Positions 18,034 to 28,273 of a stretch of DNA of 64,000 bases are shown here, in pieces. The stretch covers positions 25,669 to 89,668 of the forward strand of contig CAWIJW010000005.1 in the NCBI GenBank assembly GCA_963836525.1. Reading direction: 5' to 3'. Within the stretch, counting starts at the first letter, position 1. Each line of letters opens with the position of its first letter. Source of the stretch: an uncultured Acidobacteriaceae bacterium. GTDB lineage: Bacteria > Acidobacteriota > Terriglobia > Terriglobales > Acidobacteriaceae. Both the position numbers and the translations under genes were made by a program. The notes below the pieces were generated by a model. It did no database searches and was not told the origin of the DNA. It was given only the letters and a program-made list of their open reading frames with translations.

Positions 18034-20595
18034 ATGAACAATCTGTGGCACGACCTTCGATACGCGCTGCGCCAGTTGCGCAAATCGCCGGGCTTCACGC
18101 TGACTGTTGATGCTCACACTTGCACTGGGCATCGGCGCCAACACGGCCATCTTTACACTGATTCACGGCATTCTGCTGCGCTCGTTGCCGGTCGCCGATT
18201 CCGCACAACTTTACCGCATCGGCGACACCGACGATTGCTGCGTCGAAGGCGGCTTTCCCGGCGACGCATCGACCACCGGCGACTTCTCGATCTTCTCCTT
18301 CGATCTGTATCAGTACCTCAAGAATTCCGCGCCGGAGTTCGAACAACTGGCGGCGGCTCAGGCTGGGCAGTGGCCATGGAGCGTGCGCCGCGGCGATGCT
18401 CTACCCAAACCGCTGAACGGCGAATTCGTCTCGGGAAATTACTTTTCCACGCTGGGCATCGGCGCGTATGCGGGTCGCGTGTTCAGTGACAACGACGACA
18501 TGGCGACCGCGTCGCCGGCGGTTGTTCTGAGTTATCAGGCGTGGCAGGGCGAATACGCCTCCGATCCATCGATCGTGCGCTCGACAATCTATATCCAGGC
18601 GCGGCCCTTTACGGTGATCGGCATTGCGCCGCCGGGCTTCTTCGGCGACCGCGTCAGACCCAACCCCCCCGACTTCTGGATTCCGATCCAGACCGAGCCG
18701 TACATCCGCGGCAACAACTCTATCCTGCATCATCCCGACTCACACTGGCTCTATCCCGTCGGCAGAGTGCGACCCGGGACGAACGTCGCCGCGTTGCAGG
18801 CCAAGCTCTCCGGCGCTGTGCGCCAGTGGCTCTATTCGCGTCCGTCGATGACCTCGAGATGGCGGAGCGGCAATCATTCCCAAGATGCACGTCGTGCTTT
18901 CACCTGCCGGTGGCGGCATCCAGAACCTGCAGCAGCAGACGGGCAAGGGCCTCAAGTTGCTCATGATCCTCTCGCCTGGTCGTGCTGCTCATCGCCTGCG
19001 CAAACATCGCCAACCTGATGCTGGCGCGCGCCACGACGCACCGCTCTGAGATCGCCGTGCGCGTGGCCCTCGGCGCTGGACGCCGCCGCGTCATCCGGCA
19101 GGTTCTTACCGAAAGCGTGCTGTTGAGCTTATCGGCGGTTTTACAGGCCTGGCGGTTGCCTATGCCGGCTCTCATACCATTCTCGCTCTCGCATTCCCCG
19201 ACGCGCGAAATCTGCCGATCGAAGCCAGCCCATCGTTGCCGGTTCTCAGCTTTGCGTTTGTTGTCTCGCTGGTCACGGGAATTCTTGTTCGGCACCGGCC
19301 CGGCGTGGCTGTCGTCGCATGCGCAGCCAGCGGAGGCTCTGCGCGGCATCAACCGCTCCACGCGTGACCGCTCTTCTCTGCCGCAGAAATCGCTGGTCGT
19401 CTTCCAGGCCGCGTTGTCAGTCGTTCTGCTGGCCGCGGCAATCCTGATGACCAAGTCGCTTGCTCATCTCGAAGACCAGGACTTTGGCGTCGCTACGGCC
19501 AATCGCTATGTGTTGCACTTCGACCCGGCCGGCGCCGGCTACACAACGGACCGGCTGCCCGAACTCTACCGCCAGATCGAAGACCGGTTCTCCGCGCTGC
19601 CCGGCGTGACCAGCATGAGCATGGCCATGTACAGCCCGCTCGAAGGCGACAACTGGGGCGAGTGCGTCATCCAGCAAGGTCATCCCGCTCCGCGCCCCGG
19701 CGATCACTGCGGCTCTACGTGGGATCGCGTCAGCACCCGCTTTCTTGATTCCATCGGCGTGCCCATTGTGCGTGGACGCAACTTTACCGAGCAGGACACG
19801 GCCACATCGCCGCCGGTCGCTATGGTCAATGAGACCTTCGTGAAACGATTCTTCCCCAACCAGGACCCCATCGGCCAGCACTTCGGCATCGATTTGCCGC
19901 AATACTCGGGAAGCTTTGAGATCGTCGGCGTCTTCCGCGACTTTAAGATGAACGTCCCGACGCATCCGGTTCGCCCTGTCTTTCTGCGTCCGCTTTCGCA
20001 ACCATTTGCGGGTTACAAGGAGCCGGAGATGATCTCCACCGAGAGCCAATCCATGATGATGAACGCACTGATCCTCGCGTTCGACGGTCCGCAGCAAAAT
20101 GTGGACGCGTTGGTTCGTCATACGTTGGCCGGCATCGATCGCAGCCTAACGGTGATGGATCTTCGCTCGTTTGGCGCACAGGTGGCCGGCAACTTCATTC
20201 AGGATCGCCTGATTGCACGGCTCAGCAGCCTCTTCGGCATGCTGGCGCTCATTCTTGCCTCGGTAGGACTTTATGGCGTTATGTCTTACTTCGTTGCCCG
20301 GCGCACCAGCGAGATCGGCATCCGCATGGCTCTGGGCGCAAGCCGAGCCAGCGTGGTGAACATGGTGATGCGCGGCGCGCTCTGGCAAATCCTCATCGGC
20401 CTTGTGCTGGGGATTCCCGCATCGCTCTATGCCGGCTACTTGATGAAGGTCATGCTCTACGGCGTGGACTGTTATGACCCGATGGCGCTGACTGGCGCGC
20501 CGCTGATGCTTGTCCTTTGCGCCGCTGCGGCCGGCTTCATCCCCGCCCGCCGCGCGGCTTCCATCGAACCCATGCAGGCGCTGCGCACCGAATAA
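18034..20595 (+). pseudogene. ADOP-type duplicated ABC permease, copy 5, interrupted by five single-base indels (pseudogene or sequencing errors)
   Basis: Start MNNLWHDLRYALRQLRKSPGFT and end PARRAASIEPMQALRTE are both intact. Permease-like reading switches frame at ~18107 (+1), ~18857 (+1), ~18975 (+1), ~19129 (-1) and ~19285 (+1). Confidence 0.88.
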
Positions 20596-20614
20596 TCCCC
20601 GAGGAGGAACTCGA

Positions 20615-23044
20615 ATGAACGCGCTCTTTCACGATCTCCGAACCGCGCTGCGCCAGTTGCGCCGCGCACCTGGGTTCACCAGCATGGCCATCTTGGTCAT
20701 GGCACTAGGGATCGGCGCCAACGTGGCGCTGTTCACCGTGGTGCGCAGTGTGCTGCTCAAGCCGCTGCCCTTCGAAGACCCGACCCGGTTGTTGATGCTT
20801 TATGAACACCTTACGGTGAGCGGCAGCGAATTCGCATACAACGGCGTAGCGGGGGGCGTTTATTCCGAGTGGAACAGTCAGAACCGGAGCTTCAGCAGCA
20901 TGGCTCTCATGCAGGATGCCCAGGTAGGTCTTTCAGGATCGGGCGGAGATCTGCCGGAGACGCTCAACTCTGAGTTAGTTTCATGGAACCTGTTCCCGAC
21001 GCTGGGCGTGCAGCCGGCACTTGGACGCGGCTTTACTGCGGCAGACGACAACCTTGCTTCGAGTGGCACAGCGGTGCTGAGCTGGAGCTTGTGGAAGCGC
21101 CGATTCGGAGGCGACCCGGCCATCCTGAATCGGACCATCTATGTTGATGGCAAACCTTACGCCGTCATCGGCATCATGCCAGCGTGGTTCGAGTTTCCTC
21201 AATCCACTACGCAGCTTTGGATTCCTGTCTATCACTACGACCCCGAAAGAGTGACCTCGGCGCTCGACAATCACGTGTTCCATGTGGTCGGACGGATGAA
21301 GCCTGGGATCACCGAGGCACGGGCGACGGCCGACTTGACCGTCATTACGCGCCAACTGCATAACGCCCATCTCGACGATCCCTTCGTCTCCGCCGCAGCC
21401 AACAGCCGTCCCCTACTGGAGCACCTAGTGGGCAATATCGAGCGTCCGCTCTATGTGCTGCTCGCAGCCACAGCGTGCCTGCTGCTGATTGCCTGCCTGA
21501 ACGTAGCCAATCTGCTTGTGGCCCGGGCGGCTGCGCGGCGCAAAGAACTCGCGATTCGCACCGCATTGGGCGGCGGCCGATTGCGCTTATTGCGCGAGCA
21601 TCTGATGGAAAGTTTTCTCCTCTCGGCCGCGGGCGGCGCAGGAGGCCTCGTGCTGGCCTATGGCGCCATTTCATGGCTTGTCGACTTGCGCCAGGACATG
21701 GCGCGCTCCGGCTCCATCCATGTCGACGCCGTCGTGGCGGCCTTCACTGTGGGCGTAGTCGCGCTCTGCGCGCTCTTTTCGGGGCTGATCTCCGCCCTCA
21801 ACGCCCACGACAAGCATGTCCTCGCTGCGCTGCATGAGTCTTCAAAATCGCACAGTTCAGGCAAGCAGCGAGCCCGTCTGCGCAAGGTCCTGCTTGCCGC
21901 CGAAGTCGGGTTGACCGTCGTGCTGCTCGTTGGGGCGAGCCTGCTGCTCAAAAGCTACCAGCGGCTTCGAGCCACGAACATCGGCTGCGCCACCGACAAT
22001 GTCCTCACCATGCGCATCGCCTTGCCCGGCGCCCGCTACAAGACGCCGGGCCCTGCGCCTGCCAATTTCTTTCAGACGCTTCTGGAGCGGGTACGGGCGC
22101 TGCCGGGCGTGGAGGCCGCCGGTATTGTGACCGCAGTTCCCGGCCAGGGATACTGGGGCGATGTATCATTCAGCATCGTTGAGCATCCTCCCCTGACCCA
22201 AGGGAAGGGCCTTTTCGCCATTTACCGTAGGGCCGATCCTGGCTACTTCGCGGCCATGGGCATTCCCATCCTGCGCGGACATACGTTCGACGATGGACAA
22301 ATACTAGACCACGCAAATGAGGTGATGATCAGCGGATCGTTCGCCCGGAAATTCTTCCCGGACGAGGATCCGATCGGCAAACACCTGCATCCCAGCGACC
22401 TGAATCGAGACGCCATCATTGTTGGCGTGGTAGGCGATACGCGCTACGCCGTTGGCGAGCAGCCCGCGCCAATGCAGTACTATCCGCTCTTCGCGGGAGA
22501 TCAGAACATCGCCACCCTCGCAGTTCGCTCTGCAGGCGACGTGGAACAGTTAGCGCTGCCTGTGCAACGCGTGATTCAAAGTATGGACCGCGACTTGCCC
22601 GTCTCCGAAATTCTCACCATGAATCAACTGATTGGCAAATCCACTCTCGATCAGAGTTTCGACACAACACTGCTTTCCAGCTTCGCAGTGCTCTCACTTG
22701 TGTTGGCCGCTGTCGGGCTTTTCGGCGTTCTATCTTACGTTGCCGCGCAGCGCACAAACGAGATCGGCATTCGCATCGCGCTGGGGGCGCAGCGGGAGCA
22801 GGTGCTCTGCCTGATGCTTGCAGACGGGCTGCGGCCGGCGTTCATCGGATTGGCGTTGGGACTCGCTGCCAGCGCAGCATCAGTTCGCCAGATGCGCACC
22901 ATGCTCTACGAAACGCAGCCGCTCGATCCGGCGGTCTTCACTGCAGTGGCAGGGACTTTGCTGTTGGTGGCGGCTCTGGCCTGCCTGGCGCCAGCGTGGC
23001 GCGCCTCGCACCTCGAACCCATGCAGGCGCTCAGAACGGAGTAG
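20615..23044 (+). CDS. ADOP-type duplicated ABC permease, copy 6
   Basis: Start MNALFHDLRTALRQLRRAPGFT after SD GAGGAGG; LLIACLNVANL, RTNEIGIRIALGA, EPMQALRTE. Confidence 0.95.
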   Translation: MNALFHDLRTALRQLRRAPGFTSMAILVMALGIGANVALFTVVRSVLLKPLPFEDPTRLLMLYEHLTVSGSEFAYNGVAGGVYSEWNSQNRSFSSMALMQDAQVGLSGSGGDLPETLNSELVSWNLFPTLGVQPALGRGFTAADDNLASSGTAVLSWSLWKRRFGGDPAILNRTIYVDGKPYAVIGIMPAWFEFPQSTTQLWIPVYHYDPERVTSALDNHVFHVVGRMKPGITEARATADLTVITRQLHNAHLDDPFVSAAANSRPLLEHLVGNIERPLYVLLAATACLLLIACLNVANLLVARAAARRKELAIRTALGGGRLRLLREHLMESFLLSAAGGAGGLVLAYGAISWLVDLRQDMARSGSIHVDAVVAAFTVGVVALCALFSGLISALNAHDKHVLAALHESSKSHSSGKQRARLRKVLLAAEVGLTVVLLVGASLLLKSYQRLRATNIGCATDNVLTMRIALPGARYKTPGPAPANFFQTLLERVRALPGVEAAGIVTAVPGQGYWGDVSFSIVEHPPLTQGKGLFAIYRRADPGYFAAMGIPILRGHTFDDGQILDHANEVMISGSFARKFFPDEDPIGKHLHPSDLNRDAIIVGVVGDTRYAVGEQPAPMQYYPLFAGDQNIATLAVRSAGDVEQLALPVQRVIQSMDRDLPVSEILTMNQLIGKSTLDQSFDTTLLSSFAVLSLVLAAVGLFGVLSYVAAQRTNEIGIRIALGAQREQVLCLMLADGLRPAFIGLALGLAASAASVRQMRTMLYETQPLDPAVFTAVAGTLLLVAALACLAPAWRASHLEPMQALRTE

Positions 23045-23075
23045 TCATTCTGATCTCTAACGGAGAAGAAACGCG

Positions 23076-25526
23076 ATGAATCGACTATGGTACGACCTTC
23101 GCTACGCGCTGCGCCAACTGCGCAAGTCGCCCGGCTTTGCGCTGATCGTGGTGCTGATGCTGGCTCTCGGCATTGGCGCCAATACCGCTGTCTTCAGCGT
23201 GATGAATGCAATCCTGATGCAATTGCTGCCCGTGAACCGTCCCGAGGGCCTTTCCTATGTGCGTATGGCCAACGGCCAGGGCCAGCCGCCGGGCGCGGGC
23301 AATACCGGAGACTCAAATACCTCCTTTTCCGAGCCGGTCTTCGAGGCGTTGCGTCAGCACGGCGACGTCTTTGAAGAACTTATTGGCTATGTACCACTCA
23401 GCTTCACAGGCAGCGTAGCAGTGCGCCACGGTGAGCTTCCAGAAGAAGCCGAGGGTGAAGAGGTCAGCGGCAACTTCTTTTCCGGGCTGGGCGTACCGAT
23501 CGAGCGCGGCCGCGGCTTTGCGCTGGCAGACGAGAAGAACCATGCGCCGCTGGTTGTGCTGAGCTACGATTTCTGGACGCGAAGCTATGCCCGCGATCCC
23601 ACAGTGCTGGGGCACACGCTCTACGTCAAGGGCGTGCCCATGACAATTATCGGTATTGCGGCCCGCGAGTTTAAGGGCATAGAACCAGCCACCTCAACCG
23701 ATTTCTGGATTCCGTTGCAAAGCCGGCCCGAACTGAATGCTTGGGGTGCGCCCGCCCAGTTTAATTCTCTCTACGGCACGCCCAAGTGGTGGGCCCTGCG
23801 CATGATGGCACGATTGCGGCCGGGCGTGACGCCGATGCAAGCGCAACAGGCGCTTAGCGGGGCCCTGGGCGAGGCGGTGAACCGAACGGTCGGTTCGGTG
23901 GATCCGAAGCAATGGAAGCCGCTCCTGGATTTCGCACCGGCCCGCGGTGTTGGCGGGTACAACGAGGAATACCGCACGTCTGTGCTGATTCTTATGGGAC
24001 TTGTCGGATTGGTGTTGCTGATAGCCTGCACCAATGTGGCCATGATGGTGCAGGCGCGTAACACGGTCCGCAGGCGCGAATTCAGTGTGCGTCTGGCTAT
24101 CGGCGCGGGCCGCGTCGCAATCTTTCGCCACTTGTTGTTGGAAAGCCTGCTATTGGTGGGCGCTGGGGCTTCGGTAGGCTGGTTGTTCGCGGTCTCAGCC
24201 ACACGCATGCTGGCGGCTTGGTCGGGCATTGAAACCGGTCTCAGCCCGGATCGAACGGTTTTGGTTTTTACGCTGCTGCTCTCTGCGCTGGCCGCCCTGG
24301 TTTTCGGCCTCGTTCCCCTGCGGAGCGTGATGAATGCCCCTGTCGCGGACGTCTTGCGGTCCGCATCCTTAAACGCCACTACGGCGCAAAGCCGTGCACT
24401 CGGTGGTCGCATCGTGCTTGCTGCGCAGATGGTGATGTGTCTGGTGTTGCTTATGGCCGCCAGCCTGCTGCTGCGCACGCTGCGCAACTACGCCACGCAG
24501 GATCTGGGCATGCAGGCCGACGGGCTCCTGGTCTTCGGCATCACGCCGCTGGGACAGACCGATACGCACGCTTTCTACCGCGCCCTGCTTGACCGCCTTC
24601 GCCAGATGCCCGGCGTCGAGTCTGTCTCGATGGCACATGATCGTCCCGGCTCAGGATGGTCCGCCAACGGCGGCACCTTCATGCTCGATGGCGTCAGGGA
24701 GCGAGGCAAGTTGCGTTCGAACGATGTGGGATCAGGATTCTTCACCACCATGGGCATCCCGCTTCTTGCGGGCCGCGATATTGCTGATTCCGACGGGGCG
24801 GGCACGCCAAAGGTTGCGGTGGTGAACGAAACGTTTGTGAAGCGGTATCTTGCCAATACCAATCCGCTGGGACATGTGCTTCTCGGCTGCAGCATTGTCG
24901 GCGTGGCACGCGACAGCAAATATACGTCGGTGGATGAGGGGCCCACGCCCATCGCCTATTTTGCGCGCATGCAATCCAATCCGGTCGGAATCATGCATAT
25001 CGAAATGCGCACCCGCGGCGACGCCCTGGCGATGTTGCCCGCGGTGCGCAAAATGATGGCCGCTGCTTATCCCGACATTCCCCTCGAAAAACCGATGACG
25101 CAGCGGGCGCAGTTCGAAGAATCCTATGAATCTCAACGTATGTTCGCTGCCATGGGCGGATTCTTCGGTGTGCTGGCGGCCCTGCTCGTCGCCACCGGTT
25201 TATACGGCACGTATTCGTTCCGCGTAAGCCGCCGCACCACCGAGATTGGCGTGCGCATGGCGCTGGGCGCAAGCCGCAGTCAGGTGTTGGCCATGGTCTT
25301 TTGCGAAAGTCTGTGGGTGCTGATCGCGGGACTTGCCGCCGGCATACCGCTCACGCTTCTCGCTGTTCGTTCGCTCAAGTCGATGCTCTACATGATGTCG
25401 CCGCTCGATCCGGTGAGCTTAGTGCTGGCGATTGCGGCGATGATCGTTGTGTCCGGCTGTGCAGTTCTGCTGCCGGCGCGCCGGGCAGCTTCCATCGAAC
25501 CTATGCAGGCATTGAGAACCGAATAA
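23076..25526 (+). CDS. ADOP-type duplicated ABC permease, copy 7
   Basis: DLRYALRQLRKSPGF, LLIACTNVA, RTTEIGVRMALGA, PARRAASIEPMQALRTE; 816 aa. Confidence 0.95.
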   Translation: MNRLWYDLRYALRQLRKSPGFALIVVLMLALGIGANTAVFSVMNAILMQLLPVNRPEGLSYVRMANGQGQPPGAGNTGDSNTSFSEPVFEALRQHGDVFEELIGYVPLSFTGSVAVRHGELPEEAEGEEVSGNFFSGLGVPIERGRGFALADEKNHAPLVVLSYDFWTRSYARDPTVLGHTLYVKGVPMTIIGIAAREFKGIEPATSTDFWIPLQSRPELNAWGAPAQFNSLYGTPKWWALRMMARLRPGVTPMQAQQALSGALGEAVNRTVGSVDPKQWKPLLDFAPARGVGGYNEEYRTSVLILMGLVGLVLLIACTNVAMMVQARNTVRRREFSVRLAIGAGRVAIFRHLLLESLLLVGAGASVGWLFAVSATRMLAAWSGIETGLSPDRTVLVFTLLLSALAALVFGLVPLRSVMNAPVADVLRSASLNATTAQSRALGGRIVLAAQMVMCLVLLMAASLLLRTLRNYATQDLGMQADGLLVFGITPLGQTDTHAFYRALLDRLRQMPGVESVSMAHDRPGSGWSANGGTFMLDGVRERGKLRSNDVGSGFFTTMGIPLLAGRDIADSDGAGTPKVAVVNETFVKRYLANTNPLGHVLLGCSIVGVARDSKYTSVDEGPTPIAYFARMQSNPVGIMHIEMRTRGDALAMLPAVRKMMAAAYPDIPLEKPMTQRAQFEESYESQRMFAAMGGFFGVLAALLVATGLYGTYSFRVSRRTTEIGVRMALGASRSQVLAMVFCESLWVLIAGLAAGIPLTLLAVRSLKSMLYMMSPLDPVSLVLAIAAMIVVSGCAVLLPARRAASIEPMQALRTE

Positions 25527-25571
25527 GTTGAACGGATGCATAACCTCTGAGATTGGAGTCACTCGAACATC

Positions 25572-26276
25572 ATGATCGAACTGAAAAACGTCGAACGAAG
25601 TTACAAGAACGGCTTCACGGAGACCTGGGTGCTGCGCCGGATCGGGCTCAGCATCCGCGAAGGTGAGTTTGTCACCGTCATGGGACCGTCGGGAGCGGGG
25701 AAGTCGTCGCTCCTGAACGTGCTGGCGCTCCTCGATGACGGATGGAAGGGCGAGTACTGGTTCGCCGAAACCGCCGTCCATACGCTCAACCGCAAGCAGC
25801 GCGCCGACCTGGCCCGCCAACGCATCGGAATGGTCTTTCAAAGCTATCACCTCCTCGACGATCTTACGGTCGCCGAGAATATTGACCTGCCGCTTTCTTA
25901 CAAGAATCTGCCCGCAAGGGAACGGCAAGGCATGGTCGCCGACATTCTGGACCGATTCCAGATTGTGGCCAAGAAGGACCTGTTTCCCTCGCAGCTCTCC
26001 GGCGGGCAGCAGCAATTGGTGGGCATTGCGCGCGCCGTGGTGCACGCGCCATCACTGCTGCTGGCCGACGAGCCCACCGGCAACCTGCACTCCACGCAGG
26101 GCCGCGAGATCATGGACCTCTTCTGCGAACTCAACCGTCAAGGCACGACCATCGTGCAGGTGACGCACTCTGAAGAGAACGCGCGCTACAGCCGGCGCAT
26201 TGTGGAGTTGCGCGACGGGTGGATCACGCGCGATGAAACCCTTGCAGCAAAGCCGATGGAGGTTGGCTCCAAGTGA
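25572..26276 (+). CDS. ABC ATP-binding protein (MacB/LolD-type), ATPase 2
   Basis: Walker A GPSGAGKS, MVFQSYHL, LSGGQQQLV, LLADEPTGNLH, VTHS. Confidence 0.95.
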   Translation: MIELKNVERSYKNGFTETWVLRRIGLSIREGEFVTVMGPSGAGKSSLLNVLALLDDGWKGEYWFAETAVHTLNRKQRADLARQRIGMVFQSYHLLDDLTVAENIDLPLSYKNLPARERQGMVADILDRFQIVAKKDLFPSQLSGGQQQLVGIARAVVHAPSLLLADEPTGNLHSTQGREIMDLFCELNRQGTTIVQVTHSEENARYSRRIVELRDGWITRDETLAAKPMEVGSK

Positions 26277-28273
26277 ACCGTTCCGATATCCGTCTTCATC
26301 CGTCAAGTCCGGCACGTCGGATCCAGGCCGTTGCCGCCATTCTGCTTCTGCAAGCGAACCTGGCGCTGGCCGTCGAACCATCCGGACCTGCCGCGCCTTC
26401 GATTCCGTTAGCTCCATCGGCCATGCAAAATGCGCCGGTCGCGCCGGCGCCTGTGCAGGCACATCAGGACAACATTCCCTTCGAGCAACTGCAGCACGCG
26501 TCGCGCAATCCATTCGACGCCTATCGCGGAAAGGCTGTTCCTCCACCCAGCCTGGCAAATTCAGTGCGCCTCGATTCTTTGATTCGCGACGGCAAGCTGT
26601 ATCTAAGGCTGCAGGATGCCATCGATTTGGCGCTTGAGAACAACCTTGACCTGGTGATTGCGCGTTACAACCTGCCCATTGCGCAGATGGATGTATTGCG
26701 CACGGCGGCCGGCGGATCGGTGCGCGGCGTGAATACGGGCGTGGTGTCGGGCACTCCCGGAGGCGCAGGCGGCCTCTTTGCGGGCGGCGCGGGAGCGGGT
26801 GCTGGCGGCACCTCAGGCGGTGCGGGCGGAGCGGGCGCAGGTGCGTCGGGCCTTGTGCAATCCACACTGGGCACGGGCACTGCGGTTTCCACATACGATC
26901 CGTACATCAGCGCGAGGACTTACGTGGATCACACCACCCAGCTTTTGCCCAACCGCATCCTCTACGGCGTTCCGGTGATTCACCAGAACACGTTCCTGGG
27001 CAATTTCTCCTACTCGCAGGCGTTCCCCACCGGAGGCGGCATCCAGGTCGCTTGGAATAACAATCGCCAAACCACCAACAGTCCCAACAATACGCTCAAT
27101 CCCCAGCTCAACTCCTATTTTGAGTTCTACGCGGATCAGCAGTTGCTGGCCGGTTTTGGCCTGGGACCAAACCTGCGGTTCCTGCGCATTGCCAAAACCA
27201 ACCAGATAGTCTCCGATATCGCCTTCCGTGCCCAGCTCATTGCCACCGTGACCCAGATTTGCGACCTGTACTGGGATCTGGTGAACGCCTATGATAACGA
27301 GCAAGTGGGCGAGCGCTCGGTGGCCTTTGCCACTGAGACTCTGAACACCGCCCGCAAGCAGCTCGAGCTCCAGGCAATTCCGGAGATGGACGTACTGAAA
27401 GCGGAGGCGGATTTGGCCACCCGCCAGCAGGACTTGACCGTAGCCCGCACGAATCTTGAGCTGCAAGAGCTGTACATGAAGAACGCCATTACCCGCTCGC
27501 TCGATGACCCTGTGTTGCAGGACATGCCGGTTGTTCCTGTCGACCACATCAGCGCCGAAGTCGAGCCGAACATGGAGCCGGTGCAGGACATGATTGCCTA
27601 TGCGCTCAAGAATCGCACCGAGCTTGAGGAGTCGAGCCTCGTTCTTGAGAACAGCGAACTCAGCCGCAAGACCGCCCGCAACGCTCTGCTGCCCGCGCTT
27701 ACGGTTTACGGCTTCTATGCCGGCACAGGGTACGCTGGCACGCCCAACCCCTTGAACAGCTCCGGCGCAAACGTGCCTGCGGACTTCGGCGGCGCGGTAG
27801 ACAATGCGTTCAATTATTCTTCGCCTGAATATCAAGTGGGCCTTCAATTGACCATTCCGCTGCGCAACCGAATCGCCAAGGCTGACCAGTACCGGACCGA
27901 GCTCGAATACCGGCAGTCGCAGGTCTATCTTGAGGAGTTGAAGAAGCGCATCCGCATCGAGGTTCGGAATGCGCGCTTTGCGCTGGAGCAGGGCGCCAGC
28001 CGCGTAGATGCGGCTCGCCAAGCCCGCGACCTTGCCCAGAAGACGCTCGATATTATGCAACAGGAGCAAAAGCTTGGGGCAGGGTCAAACCAGCAGACCC
28101 TTTCCGCCGAGCACGACTTGGCACTGGCCGAGTCTGCTTTGGTAGCCGCCGAAACCGACTATGAAAAGGCGCGCATCGAAGTGCGGCGCGCTACCGGCTC
28201 GGTCCTTGAGAACTATGGCATCTCGATCGCCGATGCAAAGAGCGGCGTAGTGGAGGCAGACCATTCCCGTTAA
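26273..28273 (+). CDS. TolC-family outer membrane factor
   Basis: Signal-like N-terminus, LRLQDAIDLALENNLDL, beta-strand segments, two coiled-coil repeats (LYWDLV..A, AESALVAAETDY). Overlaps ATPase 2 by GTGA. Confidence 0.88.
   Translation: MNRSDIRLHPSSPARRIQAVAAILLLQANLALAVEPSGPAAPSIPLAPSAMQNAPVAPAPVQAHQDNIPFEQLQHASRNPFDAYRGKAVPPPSLANSVRLDSLIRDGKLYLRLQDAIDLALENNLDLVIARYNLPIAQMDVLRTAAGGSVRGVNTGVVSGTPGGAGGLFAGGAGAGAGGTSGGAGGAGAGASGLVQSTLGTGTAVSTYDPYISARTYVDHTTQLLPNRILYGVPVIHQNTFLGNFSYSQAFPTGGGIQVAWNNNRQTTNSPNNTLNPQLNSYFEFYADQQLLAGFGLGPNLRFLRIAKTNQIVSDIAFRAQLIATVTQICDLYWDLVNAYDNEQVGERSVAFATETLNTARKQLELQAIPEMDVLKAEADLATRQQDLTVARTNLELQELYMKNAITRSLDDPVLQDMPVVPVDHISAEVEPNMEPVQDMIAYALKNRTELEESSLVLENSELSRKTARNALLPALTVYGFYAGTGYAGTPNPLNSSGANVPADFGGAVDNAFNYSSPEYQVGLQLTIPLRNRIAKADQYRTELEYRQSQVYLEELKKRIRIEVRNARFALEQGASRVDAARQARDLAQKTLDIMQQEQKLGAGSNQQTLSAEHDLALAESALVAAETDYEKARIEVRRATGSVLENYGISIADAKSGVVEADHSR

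Noticed and set aside
10558-25526. Regularly spaced conserved repeats considered as a CRISPR or integron attC array
   Set aside because: The repeats are coding ends of 2.4-kb genes, with no cas or intI gene and no attC-like palindrome. They are reported instead as terminal homology blocks.
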